Shown here: positions 44,847-60,337 of the stretch, piece by piece | Layout: every line of letters begins with the position of its first letter | Numbering within the stretch: position 1 is the first letter of the stretch | Assembly (NCBI RefSeq): GCF_009914755.1 | Contig: NC_060945.1 | Strand: one strand, 5' to 3' | Source of the DNA: the human T2T-CHM13v2.0 reference genome, Homo sapiens | Length of the DNA: 64,000 nt | Notes under the pieces: generated by a model | Database searches by the model: none | Told to the model about the DNA's origin: nothing | The model's input: only the letters and a program-made list of their open reading frames with translations | Translations under genes and position numbers: made by a program

Positions 44847-45427
44847 CTGTGCCAGTTATCTGTTATTACCTCTTAACTCCTGATCCCACCTGTCTTGGCC
44901 CCGTTTGTTGAAATTGGTGCTGGACCCTAAGAAAATTCCTCCTTGACCAGTTGGCATAGTGGTGGGCTTGTCAGCAGAGGGTGCTGGAGGGACACGGGTA
45001 GAGGAAGGGGCTTCTCTTCCAGGTTTCAGGGCTTTTGTTCTTGTTTGATGGCATGGCAGCCAGTGGGCAGTTTCTTATCAAGAGTAGCCAGCACCCCAAT
45101 AGATGACTGCCCAGAGAGTCTCACAGGCACCTCAGCACTGGCTCCAGCCTCAAGTACCTCAGTGAGTTTCTCCAGTGGGTCACAGCCATGCCCTCTGTAA
45201 CAATGCCTGAATCTCAGACTTGTTAGAGAGACCCTCTTCTGAGTTTCTTCCATTTCTTAGGACTTTCCTTTACTGGCTTTTACATTTGTTATTCCTATAT
45301 TCTTTACAGTGGCCTTTACCCTTTACCCATCTTGATAGTTAATCCCTTTTACTAGTTATTCTTTTTATTAAATTTTCCCTACTCAAATTACTTCTGTAAT
45401 TATTGTCTCCTGACTAGAACCTGGTAC
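44847..45427 (+). mobile_element. ERVL-class LTR (LTR52/LTR41-like)
   Basis: ttgtcagcagagggtgctggagggacac and the end attaaattttccct...tctcctgactagaacct. Confidence 0.6.
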
Positions 45428-45493
45428 ATAAGGCCACTTGATTTTTAGCAAAGGCACCACCTACAATTAAGCACGAAAAGAATGGTCTTTTCC

Positions 45494-45867
<374 letters not shown>

Positions 45868-46203
45868 TCACACCAGCCACACTTGGATTGGACCTAAGTG
45901 TTAAAGGAATATAGTAACGCTGCTAGAGGAAAATATGGAAGAATATTTTCTTCATGGCTTCAGGGTAAACAAATTTTTCTTAAACCAGACTCAATAAGCC
46001 CTACCTATAAAAGAAACAGTTGAGAAGTTGGACTTTATTAAAAATAAGAACTTTTGTTTATCAGAAGACCATTAAGTGAGAGAAATGTGAAAAACGGCAT
46101 GCACCAAGAAAAGATGTTTGCAATACATATATTAACCAAAAGATTTGTCTCCAGAATGTATGAAAACGACTGCAAGTTAATTTTTTAAAAAAGGCAATCA
46201 ACA

Positions 46204-46583
<380 letters not shown>

Positions 46584-47154
46584 TCAGTGCTGTCAGTGAT
46601 CCAGAAAGTACAGATTAAAACCACAGTGAGGTACCACAATAGCCTTTAGAAAGGCAGGTGTGAAAAAGACAGAAAATGGCAAGTGCTGGTGAGGATGTGG
46701 AACAACTGAATTCTTATATGCTGCTGGTTGATTGTGACCTGCTTTGACCACTTTGAAAATATGTCTGGCAAGTATCTACTTAAAATAAACCTACACCAAC
46801 CATATGACACACTAGTCTTCCTTCTGGATATATGTGCAAGAGAAATATGCACATATGTTGGCCAAATGATATCTATAAGAAATTTCCTAGAAGCTTTATG
46901 CCTAATAGTGAAACACTGGAAACATCCCGAATGCCTGTCAGCAGTTCAACTGTTTTAGTTAAACAAACAAGCAAATTATGGAACATATGTACATTGGAAT
47001 ACCACATGGCATAAAAAATTACTCTAAATACTCTAAATATCTTTCTAAATTTATGCTCCAGCACAAACTTGTGGAGAATACACTCACTAATAATTTAATT
47101 TTTAAAAACTTTTCCATCTTAATCATACAAACCACTTAAAAAATATCACAAAGT

Positions 47155-47463
47155 TGCCAGATGCTATGGCTCATACCTGCAGTTCCAGCACTTTGGGAGG
47201 CTGAGGCAGGAGGATTGCTTGAGTCTGGGAGTTTGAGACCAGCCTAGACAACATAGTGAGATATCACCTCTACAAAAAATTTAAGAATTAGCCGGGTGTA
47301 GGTGTGCACACCTGTGGTCCAAGCTACTCGGAAGGCTGAGATGGGAGGATTGCTCGAGCCTGGCCGGTGAAGGCTGCAGTGAGCCATGATCATGACACTG
47401 CACTCCACTGCACTCCAGCCTGGGCAACAGAGGGAGACCCTGTCTCAAAAAAAAAAAAAAAAA
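47155..47463 (+). mobile_element. AluJ SINE with an internal 10-bp duplication (cactgcactc x2)
   Basis: J-type dimer and A-tail. Confidence 0.92.
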
Positions 47464-49238
47464 TTACAAAGGAATTATTCTCCTACTTATCTTATTAATA
47501 AGACAGAGACAGAACATGTAGCCATGGCTCATTTTTGAATCAGCTGTGTCCTACTAGTTTCCAGAAAGTCCAGAAGACTTCTCCTCTGTTGTGTGAGCCT
47601 CATAAGTGGCCAGGGGTAGATATCACACAGGCTGAAGCATCTCAGTCATCAGACACCAGATGCTGAGTCCCCATCTGGCCCATCCACCTTCCCTACACAC
47701 TACTTCCCATGCACCTTATCCTGTTGTCTCACCTGGGCTTCACAATTTAGTCCCTGGGAGATGTGAAAAACAACTTTTTTCTATTTTACAAGTTAGAAAA
47801 CAGGAGTCTAGGGAATAAAATAATAATAACTCTCCCTTACTGCAACATCCCTATGTGCCAGGCCTGTTCCACAGACTCTCCAAGATTAGGCTGAGGTACC
47901 ATCCTCTTGGGGCTCCTTCCCCTTCTCCAAAGTGCCCACCTCTCTGACACTCCACATTGTTTGTGGAGTGTGTGCTCTTCTCTGATTATGCATACCTGAC
48001 ACTGTATGGCATTGAAGACATTTGTGTTCATGCATTAGCCTCCCATTATGGGGGACACATGCTTCTTGAGGATGGGGGCTGTCGCCCACCAAGCAGCTAC
48101 CAGGACAGGGCTTTTCAATAAATAATTTGTTGGGCTGAATTTCTAGCATCACATCTCAGAGCCTCAGCCTAGCAGGGCTCTCTTGGGGAGAAGGGATCTG
48201 GGGATCATCTGATGAAAGCAAGGACCAGCATGTGACATAGAGGAAAAGAAAGAGCAGTCTACGTGAGGTCTCTGGTCTGGTGCAGTGACAGCACTCATTC
48301 CAGAAGAGCTCTTGGCCAGGAATGTGGGAGCCAAAAGGCTGATTAGCTCATTGCTGCACTGCTGGCAAACATGCTGGCCTCTTGGCCCAGCCCCAAAAGA
48401 ATATGATGTGAACATTATGCACCATTAAGCTGACTCAGAGAACAAATGACTAAGTTTCCCATAATCAAGGAGATTTTGGCTTGGCCCTTCTTCATTTTGA
48501 TGCAACCTGAGTTTAATGCATCATGATGAATGATTCTGGTCCACACCAAAGGAAGTGTCTTTGCTGTGGGGTGTGTTCTTAGCCAGTCTTGCTTCACGGC
48601 AGGGGCAGGGAACATTTTACTGCCTTTCTAATGTTCTCCCAGCTATTCAGAATCCTCTGTGAACACTTTTCTCCAATAGCAAGCTATAAAACAGGTGATT
48701 CTGTTTATTGGAGCTGTGCTATTTAAAGACCAGCTTGCTCATTAACGTCACCTGCCACATCCCTGAGCTTTATGTAGCAACTCAAACATGGCTCACAAAT
48801 GGAGGAAAGTCTTCATACCCCAAGGTAATGAAAGATGTTAGAGGGTAATAAAAGAAATAAAATGGGCATAGACAACCTAATCCACACCTCTAAGTCCCCA
48901 GTGAGGCATGGCCTAGGGCTCTCCCAAGTGACCTAGAAGCTAACAATTCCACATCACTTTCTGCATTTTCATTATTCCTTCATCCTGGAGACCTTTTGTG
49001 GAGGGCACTGACTCCTGCGATTGATTCTTGAATAGCAGGAGACGATGGAGATTAGAAGATAAGCCAGAGTTCAATCTGCCCTCCCTCCACTGCACTCCAG
49101 TAGAGCTTTCAACCAACACCCGCTTCCTGTTTGTTACTAACAGCAAACCTCAGTGCCATCCAGTTTAGAGAAAGAGGCAGTAAGAGAGTCCAGAGTCACA
49201 TATAGCTTGTCATATCTGGAACTCTAGCCCTTACCCAG

Positions 49239-49730
49239 TGTATTAGTCTGTTCTCACACTGCTAATAAAAACATGCCTGAGAATGGACAATTTACAAAAG
49301 GAAGAGGTTTAATTGAAGGACTCACAGTTCCACATGGCTGGGGAGGCCCTCACAATCATGGCAGAAGGTGAAAGGCATGTCTCACATGGCAACAGACAAG
49401 AGAAGAGAGCTTGTGCAGGGAAACTCCCTGTATAAAACCATCAGATCTTAAGAGACTTATTCACTGTCACAAGAATAGCATGGGAAAGACCCACCCGCGT
49501 GATTCAATTATCTCCCACCAGGTCCCTCCCACAACATGTGGGAGTTTCGGGACCTACAATTCAAGATGAGATTTGGGTGGGGACACAGCCAAACCATATC
49601 ATTCCGCCCCAGCCCCTCTCAAATCTCATGTCTTCACATTTCAAAACCAATCATGCCTTCCCAACAGTTCCCCAAAGTCTTAACTCATTTCACCATTAGC
49701 TCAAATGTCCACAGTCAAAAGTCTCATCTG
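49239..49730 (-). mobile_element. THE1 (THE1B-like) LTR (49239-49601) plus a short THE1-int remnant
   Basis: tgtattagtctgttctcacactgctaataaa ... cagccaaaccatatca, followed by internal sequence ttccgcccc...agtctcatctg. Confidence 0.9.
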
Positions 49731-51066
49731 TCAGGTTTTCTGATTTCATTTCTGTAGTCAAGAAGCTGAGGGACAGGACCCATGCATGCCAGTGACAATG
49801 TTTGATGAGTCTGGTGGGAGGCTCTGCAATAGCAGGAAAAGCTCCCTGGGTGCTTCTGCTCTGAGACAGGAGATCTAAACCAGATGATTTCTCAGGACAC
49901 TTGGATTACTAATATTCTGTGGTCAATGATGCCCTTAGGCCCTGAAAAATCCTGTCTTTTTAGAAAGACAATCATATTTAATGTGTTCTAGGGAATAAAT
50001 CAGAAACTTAGTCTTACGGTTTAAGGAATTTTCTAATAATGATCTGGAAACTGAAAGGGAACGCATTAATCAGAATTCTCTGTTCCCTGGATTCCCAATA
50101 GAAGAGATGTTCCTGTATTTCCACAAGGAGCCCTGGAAGCAGCCCACAGATGGAGAGGACTGAGGCCAAGTGAGGATGAGTACACAGCACCCCCTGTACT
50201 GTGATCTTGGGCCTGTGTCCCACACCCTCCACAGGGACAGTTCCTTCTGCAAGGTGCCCGCCCAGCAACAACCACCTCTCCGGTGCTAACAGACCTTTTT
50301 TTTCTCCACTGCGCAGTGTGCCATAGGTATCCCGTGCATGTGAGTGAGCCAGCCAGAGAGCTCCATGTCCCGATACCAGGCAGTGAGATGTGAATTCCTG
50401 TCTAGGGCTGTAACCTGCCAGACTGCTTCCAGCCTACATGAAGGCTGGTCACTCCCTCCTTCTCAGGCACTGCGTCCCTCAGCCCAGAGCCTTCTGTAGA
50501 GAGCTGCTGTGGCTCCAGCTTTCCCATCTCCTCCACCATTTTACATCTTCTTAGGCAGCCTTTCAGTGGAGAGCTTGTCCTACCAACATTTTCTCCCTCC
50601 TAAAGTACTGAAAAAAACCCTTAGGAGCGAAAAATCATCTGCAGTATCCCTGATCCCCTTCTCAGAACAGCACAGTGTCCCCACCAAGTGCTAATAAATG
50701 TTGTTGGATAAGAGAACAATTTGGTTTAAATCTCCTCTCACAGAGCAGAATCGCCTGGAGGGATTTTGCCTTGAAAATTAAATTCTGATATCAATTTCTA
50801 AAATTATTTACAATATTAAAGTTGAAATGAATCCATCACACAGTTTCCTTCCAATGTTAGTCTTTCAAGTGAACCTACTTTCCTATTAGCAGTCACCTAA
50901 AAACAAATAAGCAAACAAACAGGTAACTCAGTCTTCCCTCTGACTCAGTGTGAGGAAAGGGACAGGCAGCATCTGGTGACAGCTTACTTCAGTGGGTCTC
51001 CATGGTTCTTCACCAAAACCACTTGTGTTTCCTCTTCAAGCACCACAGTATCCTATGACACTAGGC

Positions 51067-52093
<1,027 letters not shown>

Positions 52094-53205
52094 TAGGCAA
52101 ATCTCGGAGCTATTGCAGGTTATGTTCCAGACCACCACAATAAAGCAAATATCAAAGCAAGTCACATGAATTTTTTGGTTTCTCAAGGCAAACAAAAGTT
52201 ATGTTTACACTCTAGTCTATTGTGTGCAATAGCATTATGTCTAAAAACAATGTATGTGCCTTAATTTTAAAAATACTTTATTGCTAAAAAATGCTAATAA
52301 TCATCTGAGCCTTCAGTGAGTCATCATCTTCTCACTGGTGGAGAGTCTTACCTGGATGTTAATGGCCGCTGACTGATCAGGGTGATGATAGTTGCTGAAG
52401 GCTGGGGTGGCTATGGCAATTTCTGAAAATAAGACAACACTAAAGTTTGCCACATCAATGGACTCTTCCTTTCACGAAAGTTTTCTCTGTAGCATGTGAT
52501 GCTGTTTGATAGCCTTTCACCACGGTATAACTTCTTTCAAAATTGGAGTCAGTCCTCTCAAACCCTGCTGCTGCTTTAGCAACTAAGCTTATGTAATATT
52601 AATATTCTAAACCCTTTGTTGTCATCTCAACAATGTTCACAGCATCTTCACTACTAGTAGACTGCATCTCAAGTAACCACTTTTCTGCTTCTCATCCATA
52701 AGAAGCAACTCCTTATCCATTCAAGTTTGATCATGAGATTGCAGCAATTCAGTCACATCTTCAGGCTCCACTTCTAATTCTAGTTCTCTTGCTGTTTTCA
52801 CCACATCTGCAGTGACTTCCTTCAATAAAGGATGGAACCCCTTAAAGGCATCCGTGAGGGTTGGAATCAACTTCTTCCAAACTCTGTTGATGTTGTGACC
52901 TCCTCCCATGAGTCACAAATGTTCTTAATGACATCGAGAACGGTGAATGCCTCTCAGAAGGTTTTCAATTTACTTTGCCCAGATCCATCAGAGGAATCAC
53001 CATCTGTGGCAGCTATAGCCTTACAAAATGTATTTCTTAAGTAGTAACACTTGAAAGTCAAAATTACTCCTTGACCCGTGTCTTGCAGAATGGATGCGGT
53101 GTTAACGGGCATGAAAACAACATTCATCTCCTTGCACATCTCCATCAGAGCTCTTGGGTGCATTGTTCATGAGCAGTAATATTTTGAGAGGAACCTTTTT
53201 CTGGG
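52094..53205 (-). mobile_element. Tigger1 3' half, an inverted near-copy of 27569-29320 without the two Alus
   Basis: TA plus TIR taggcaaatctcggag; ORF 52721-52909 differs from ORF 28165-28353 at 2 of 62 aa. Confidence 0.95.
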
Positions 53206-54300
53206 GTACAGTGGCTGGGAGAGGGTGAGTTGGTCTTGAAGGGCCTTGGAGGCCGATAGGAGAATTAGACTTTTACTCCGTGGGAAATAGGGAGCCATTG
53301 CAGGGTTTAGAGCAGAGCAATGACATGAATAGACTTAGCCTGTAAAAGGAGGATTGTGCCTGCTGTTTCGGGGGGCATGAACAGAAGAAGGAGCACATTC
53401 ATCAGGTAGGATGGTGGTGGCTGTGACCAGGGTGGCAGCAGTGGATATGCATGGTGGCTGGGTTCTGGGTGTAGTTTGGTGATACATCTCCTGGGGCTTG
53501 CTCATGAACATGCATGTGACATGAAAAGGAGAGGCATCAAGAGTGGCTCTTGGCTTGATAGCCTAGCAAGGTGGCTTTGCAGTTGTCACATGAGGTTGCA
53601 GTTTGGACATGTCCTGTGGTGGATAGCAATGGAATGTTACATGTTAGCAGGGGTTTGGGAGAGAGGACCAGGACATGGAGATGGAGGTTGCGAGTGGTTG
53701 ATGGATGAAATTACCAAGTAGGGAGTACAAGGAGAGACGAGGATCCAGGATGGAGGCTGGCCCTCTGGCTGATGTCAAGAGGTCAGAAGGGAAGACACGT
53801 TTATCTTGAGTTGGGAAGAACAAACTGGTCAGCTGGAGGAAAGCCAAGGGGCACTGCCCAGCCGCTGAGTGGGTGGTGGTGAAGGTCATATCAGATGCTG
53901 GGGATGGCTCCAAGGAGACTCTGGTGGCAACCCTGAGCAGTGTGGAGTCAATGGTGGCTGGGAGAAGGGCCATCACTGCTGGGGTGGAGCAGAGCCCTCA
54001 GGAATGAGGGGAGTTGACATAGTTTGTCTGCAGAAAGGAGTAAGGAAACATGGTGGTTGGTGGGGGAACTGGGAACAAGAGCAGGAAGTTTTAAAATGCA
54101 GGACATGCTATCCTCTGTTGCTGTGGTCTGCGGGCCAGCTGCAGACTGGGAGGCCGCAGCGTCTGCCCCCATTTTCCTGCTCTCCCCTGGCAGAGGCGCC
54201 CCAGGGGGCTCCAGGGGAGTGCTGTCTGCTGCTGGCGGTGGGGGGCGGTGATCGGATATGGGAAGGAGGGAGACATGGAGACATAAAACATTGTCTAAGT
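53206..54300 (-). mobile_element. L2 LINE fragment
   Basis: gggagccattgcagggtttagagcagagcaatgacatga, ggtggcagcagtggat. Confidence 0.75.
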
Positions 54301-55345
54301 GAAGGGCAATCGTATTTGAAGTAATTTGAAGATTGACAGGAAATTCATAAAGGGAATATGGAGTTCCGTTTACAACAGCAAGAGATGCCTTGTCCATAGC
54401 TTCCTGACCTCTGGAAGAACAGAAGTTGCTGCTGGCAGAGTTCCAAAACATGAAAATGTAAAATGGAATTGAATAATCTCTCCTAAATCAATTTTGTGAG
54501 CCAAATGACCTAGAGAGTGATGTGATACAGTGCAGGTAGACGACACAGGGCGCTGCTGTCTGCTGAATACATGATGGCAGTTGATTCTGGAGATAACCAA
54601 ATACCAGCTTCCCTTTGGTCTCTGGAGCCTGGTTTCTACCATTAGCCTCCACAGAGCCCATCTTGGGGAGGTGTGCCTCTTTTTTCTGGCTTCGGTGTGC
54701 TGATTCCAGAGTCTGTTGTGAGGGTCACCTTGCTGGCTGTGAGGAGCTCTCTCTCTGGGCCCAGCCGGAAGGCCCTTGCAGCCTCTTTTCAGGAGCACTG
54801 GGCTGTTGCTTTCTGTGCAGCATGGTGTGGATGCATCCTCTGAGTGAGGCTCATTTGCTTATGTGAGTTCCCTTGATCAGCCAGGTTCCCAGGGAATCTG
54901 TGGAGACTGGCTGTGTCAGCCACTGAGGCCAAGTGAGGGCTGTTGCTGTTTGTACTTATCCAGGGACACCTTCAGCTTGAGGCCCCACCCTTGTGAGCAG
55001 GGGCCTCAGTGAGCATCTTAGGGTCTCTGTGTGAGGTCACAGTAGGACCCAGACTGGAGATGTGGGCACAGTGGGTAAGTGACACCAGGGCTGGGACAAG
55101 CAGAGCCCCTCCTCGGCTGAAGATGTCCCCTGTGCACATAGAGACAAGGGCTCCTGCAGCTCCCTGGGGAGTCTAGCAATTGGTGGCTGTGTTTTCTCTG
55201 GGGATTCTTTACTGGGCGTGCACTTCTACCTGGCTTGACCTGCTTAAGGCATGTCAGGGTGCTCCTGTCTGTGAATTGGCAGGGAAAGTGCCTGTCAGTG
55301 TGGACCCAAACAGGGAACCTCTGGGCACCTGTGGTTGCCACAAAT

Positions 55346-55525
55346 CAGGGATCCGTGGATGTTTTCTGTCAAGTCCTGGATAGTAAATATTTCAGGCATG
55401 AGGGTCACATATGGTCTCTTATAGTCTTTTTTTTTCCCCCTCTCAGCCTTTTAAAATAATAAAAATCATTTTTGGTTCATAGGTTGTACAGAAATGGTCT
55501 GTGGGCCATGGCTTACTGACCCCTG
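55346..55525 (+). mobile_element. MER58-like hAT MITE
   Basis: caggg...ttttctgt...gatagtaaatattt ... tgacccctg termini. Confidence 0.7.
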
Positions 55526-56124
55526 CTGTGAGCCCAGGAGGCAGGAATAAAATACTGACTTGGCCATGGTGCTCACTAATTCAGTCTCCATAGAGGTGAA
55601 GGAGGCACAGAGCACGTCCCTTGTTGGGACAGATCATTCTTTTGCACATGTGTGTTTATGTCAGTGTGAAAGTCAGTTTTGAAGAGGACCCTCCATCTTT
55701 CTTACAGCCTTTCACCATTCAAGACACTCAGTTGTCAAAGAGTCTTTTCCACCTTTACATTAGCAATGTTGTGTTTTAGAAAATCCTCCTCATTGCTGCA
55801 GTACATCAAAGGTAATGAATTTGAACAAACTTTCTCCTCCTGGAGCAGTCTTCTCTACTCTGACTACACATTAGTCATCTGGGGGGCTTTTGCAAAACAG
55901 CAGTGTCCAGGTCCCCTAACCAGGAAAGTCGAATCTCTTGGGGGCCCTGACATCACTGTGTAGCCGGAGGAAGAGCCCTCTGCCCAGGCTCACAGCATCT
56001 AGCAGCAGGTTCATTGATTCTGAGTGTGCTGCCTGGATGCCCAGTCTGGCTGACGTTACAGTATGCAGAGTCTCTTACACATTGGGGTGTGACAGGAGCT
56101 CACTATTGCTGCTAGTGCAGGCTT

Positions 56125-56260
56125 CTCCTTTCCCTCCCTCTGCTCTCTCCCTCCTTTCTCTCCCTCCCCTCTCCCTCTGCCATCTCTCTCTACTGCCCCC
56201 CTTTCCCTACCTATCTCTATTTCTCTCTCTCCCTCTGTATAGCTCCCTCCCCAGTCCCCA
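56125..56260. repeat. CT-rich low-complexity polypyrimidine tract
   Basis: Seen directly. Confidence 0.8.
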
Positions 56261-56867
56261 CTGCTGCCCATGTACTGTAAATGCTCTAGAATTTAGGAAA
56301 GATTTTTGGCTTAATCAGCAAGTGCTGGTTCAATTAGCACAAATCCCAAATGACATGAGGAGGTCTTTCAGCATTTAGGTTGAGAAGCCCTAGCCAGGCA
56401 GAGGGAGGCAGGCTGATGTGGAGCATCCACCATGTGCACTTAGGGTGAGCACGCTGCCTTTCAGATGTCAGGGACACCAGTAAGCCCCTGTTCTCTCTCT
56501 GCTTCAGTTGATACTGTTTCAGTTCCCAGTGGGACTGACATCTAGGAATTAGGTATTTACTTTAAAAAATATTTCTCTCTGCAACTTGGATCAAACAAAG
56601 TTCAAGAAACTGCTTAGAAAGAGGTTGGTAAAAAGATGACAGAAAATCTCTTGGTTATGAGGCTTGTCAGCAAGTTTATTTTGTCCTTTTCTGTAACTTT
56701 TATTTCTAGGCCCCTAAGGTCAGCTTCTGCTTGCTCTTCATGCTGACTGAGTGTGCACGTACATTATTGATAGCAGGAGCGGGAAAGGAGTAATGCTTTC
56801 TACTTGGAAATATTCCCTGATAGAAGCCTTGAAATTGGAATACTTTTTTGTCTCTGGGGATCTAGGT

Positions 56868-57402
<535 letters not shown>

Positions 57403-57619
57403 TTATTAGGAGCATAATATCCAAATAGTGGAGGTGATAGTCCTGCTTCTCTGTGTGCTGCCTGCCTGAACTTGGACTCCTGGGAGAGGCAGGGAGAGAG
57501 TGGGGCCATCACTGGCACGTGCAGACAATGGAAGTGTCAAGACCCCACGCTGAAGCATCTTCTGAACTGCAGAGCTGAGCACCCCAGGTGTCATCTTGAC
57601 TGCACATGTAGCCCCAGGA

Positions 57620-57740
57620 AGCTGGTCTTCCCAGGTGAGGAGGATGACCTGAGAAGCTTGCTCAAGGTCACTCCACTGGTGTCAGGATTTAGCCCAGGTA
57701 TCTTCAGTGGCAAAGCCGACGTTCTGCTTCATCACTGAAT
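57620..57740 (-). mobile_element. MIR fragment
   Basis: cttgctcaaggtcact ... caggatttagcccagg. Confidence 0.5.
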
Positions 57741-58659
57741 AAAACTATGGGACTGAGGAAGTTTAATTCTACTGAGATAGCCTGACTCAGCATACCCTAC
57801 TTCCCTCCTTCCTAGGGGTTCCACATGCCGAAATTGGGAAAAAGCTTTAGACTGGTTCTATGTGAAAGGAGGATGTTTGGGATCACCATGTGGGTACTAT
57901 GGGGGAGGGATAGGTTGCAGCTTTTCTTCTCAAGGGCTAGAGTGGTGCTCTGGTCTCCTGAAGGTATTCCTGCAGAGGGTGGGCCACTTTATGGGAGGAG
58001 GTGTGGCAGGAGGGTCAGAATCTGCATTTCTGCCCAATTCCAAGGTCAAATTGCTGCTGTGAGAGTTCAGGGATCCTGTGAATCCCCATGGTTTCTGACC
58101 CCCTGAACCCTTGAGGAACACTGTTGATCAAGAAGCCAAGGAGGGCAACACCACTGTTTTGCTGCTTAAGTTTGGAAACCATAGAAATCTTGGAAGCTGA
58201 CAAAGGATTCTCCTAAAATTCAGGAAACAAAGTGAAAGGGATCACTTGTAAAACATAGCTTCATATAAGCAAACTTCATGAGATAAAGAAATAAAAATCA
58301 ATGTCTCATTTAAATAGAAAAAGAAAAGCTAGCAACCGTAGCTTGCAGCAGGGGTGGGAGTTAATACAATGAGGGGTTAATCCCTTCAAAGATTCAGAAA
58401 TACTTTTAGGGAATTAATGTCCAAGATCTAATGGCATATTGGTGACTGTGATTCATGTGGGTTCCGTAGAGGCTTTTAGACCCTGGCTCTGTTTCAAGGG
58501 CGGAAGAATCCTTTGTTCCCCGTAGGAGCATTTGCACTGTTCACACACATGTCCAGTTGTCCAGAAAGCTCTGCATATGGCTGGGCGAGGCCCCCACTGG
58601 CAGGCCCATGTGTGTGCAGAGGCCAAGGGACCCAGCATGGATGAAGAAGCTGGCCTGAG

Positions 58660-58860
58660 CTTCAGTGCCTGGTAGATGTGATTTCAAAGACTGGTTTCCT
58701 TGCTTGCTAGCGGCAGAACTTTTGGACAAATGCTTAGCCTTTCTGGGCCTCCGTTTCCCCATTTGTAAAACAGAAACAACAGTCCATGTCTTGCTGAGCT
58801 GGCATGAGGAGAGCAGCCATGCAGAGGAAGTGCCTGGCATGCTGTAAGTTCTCAGCAGAA
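58660..58860 (+). mobile_element. MIR fragment
   Basis: ttggacaaatgcttagcctttctgggcctccgtttccccatttgtaaaa core. Confidence 0.75.
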
Positions 58861-59842
58861 GGGGCTGCTGTTATGGCAGGGTCCAAAATTGCTAGCCTGT
58901 CTTCGGAACATTCGGCCTCTTAAGCTGAGTATTCACTGTAAGAATTAAGAAATATTTTGGGGCAAGGCTGACATTTTCTGCTTCAGTTGTGACTAAGTAC
59001 ATCACATACCTTAGTCAGAGGAGAAACACTCTATATCTTAGATACATGGCATCTAACTGGGTGCCTCAAATGATGAAATATTGAGTACTTCCTGTAAACT
59101 TGGACTTTCTAGGTTCCTCTTCTAAAGACACCATCACCGTGACCTCTGCAATGTCAGTGTCTGAAGATAGGCGACGACTTTTCAGAATTTGGCACTGCCG
59201 TGAGAGCTGCTGTTTTCCCAACATGTTCAGACTAAGACGGGGGCCTTTTTTTTTTCTTTAATTGCTATTTCTTAATATTTTTTCTGATTTTAGAATGGTG
59301 TTAGATTTACAGAATTATGATGAGGATGGTACAGAGAATCTTTGTAAACCCCACATCCAGTTTAACATCTTACATCAGTAAGGGACATTTGTCATAGTTA
59401 ATGGACCAATATCAGCCATTATTATTAACTAAAGTCCATACTTCAGATTTCTTCAGTTTTCCCGTAATGTCCTTTTCTGTTCCAGGATCCTAGCCAAGAT
59501 CCCACATTATATTTAATCATTGTGGTTCCTCAGGCTCCTCTTGGCTGTGACAGCTTCTCAGACTTTCCTTGTTTTTGATGACTTTGACAATTTTGAGGAG
59601 GACTGGGCAGGTACTTTGTAGAATGTGCCTCATTTGGGATCTGCTGGGATCTGGTGTTTTCTGGTGATTAGTTATGGGTTTTGGGGATGAAGACACTGAG
59701 ATAAACTGCCAGTTCTATCACTGTCAGTTTATGTCAAGGAAGCTCACTGTCAGCATGACTCATCACTGTTCATGGTGACCTTGATCACCTGGCTGAGGTG
59801 TGTTTGTCAGATTTCTTCACTGTAAAGTGACTCTTCTTTTTT

Positions 59843-60337
59843 ATTATTATTATTAGTGTTATACTTTAAGTTTTAGGGTACCTGTGCACAACGTGCAGGT
59901 TTGTTACATATGTATACATGTGCCATGTTGGTGTGCTGCACCCATTAACTCGTCATTTACCATTAGGTATATATCTCCTAATGCTATCCCTCCTGCCTCC
60001 CCCAACCCCACAACAGTCCCTGGTGTGTGATGTTCCCCTTCCTGTGTCCATGTGTTCTCATTGTTCAATTCCCACCTATGAGTGAGAACATGCGGTGTTT
60101 GGTTTTTTGTCCTTGCGATAGTTTGCTGAGAATGATGGTTTCCAGCTTCATCCATGTCCCTAGAAAGGACATGAACTCATCATTTTTTATGGCTGCATAG
60201 TATTCCATGGTGTATATGTGCCACATTTTCTTAATCCAGTCTATCATTGTTGGACACATGCTGCTATAACGACACATGCACACGTATGTTTATTGCGGCA
60301 CTATTCACAATAGCAAAGACTTGGAACCAACCCAAAT
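59843..60337 (-). mobile_element. Short L1PA (PA3/4-like) with an inverted 5' segment (60257-60337 on +)
   Basis: TSD actcttctttttt at 59830-59842 and 60339-60351; the two parts join seamlessly in the L1 consensus (AACCCAAAT|GTCCAAC). Confidence 0.92.

Noticed and set aside
53644-54866. Overlapping 110-167 aa ORFs
   Set aside because: They largely overlap a decayed L2 and GC-richer sequence, occur on both strands and show no recognisable domain.
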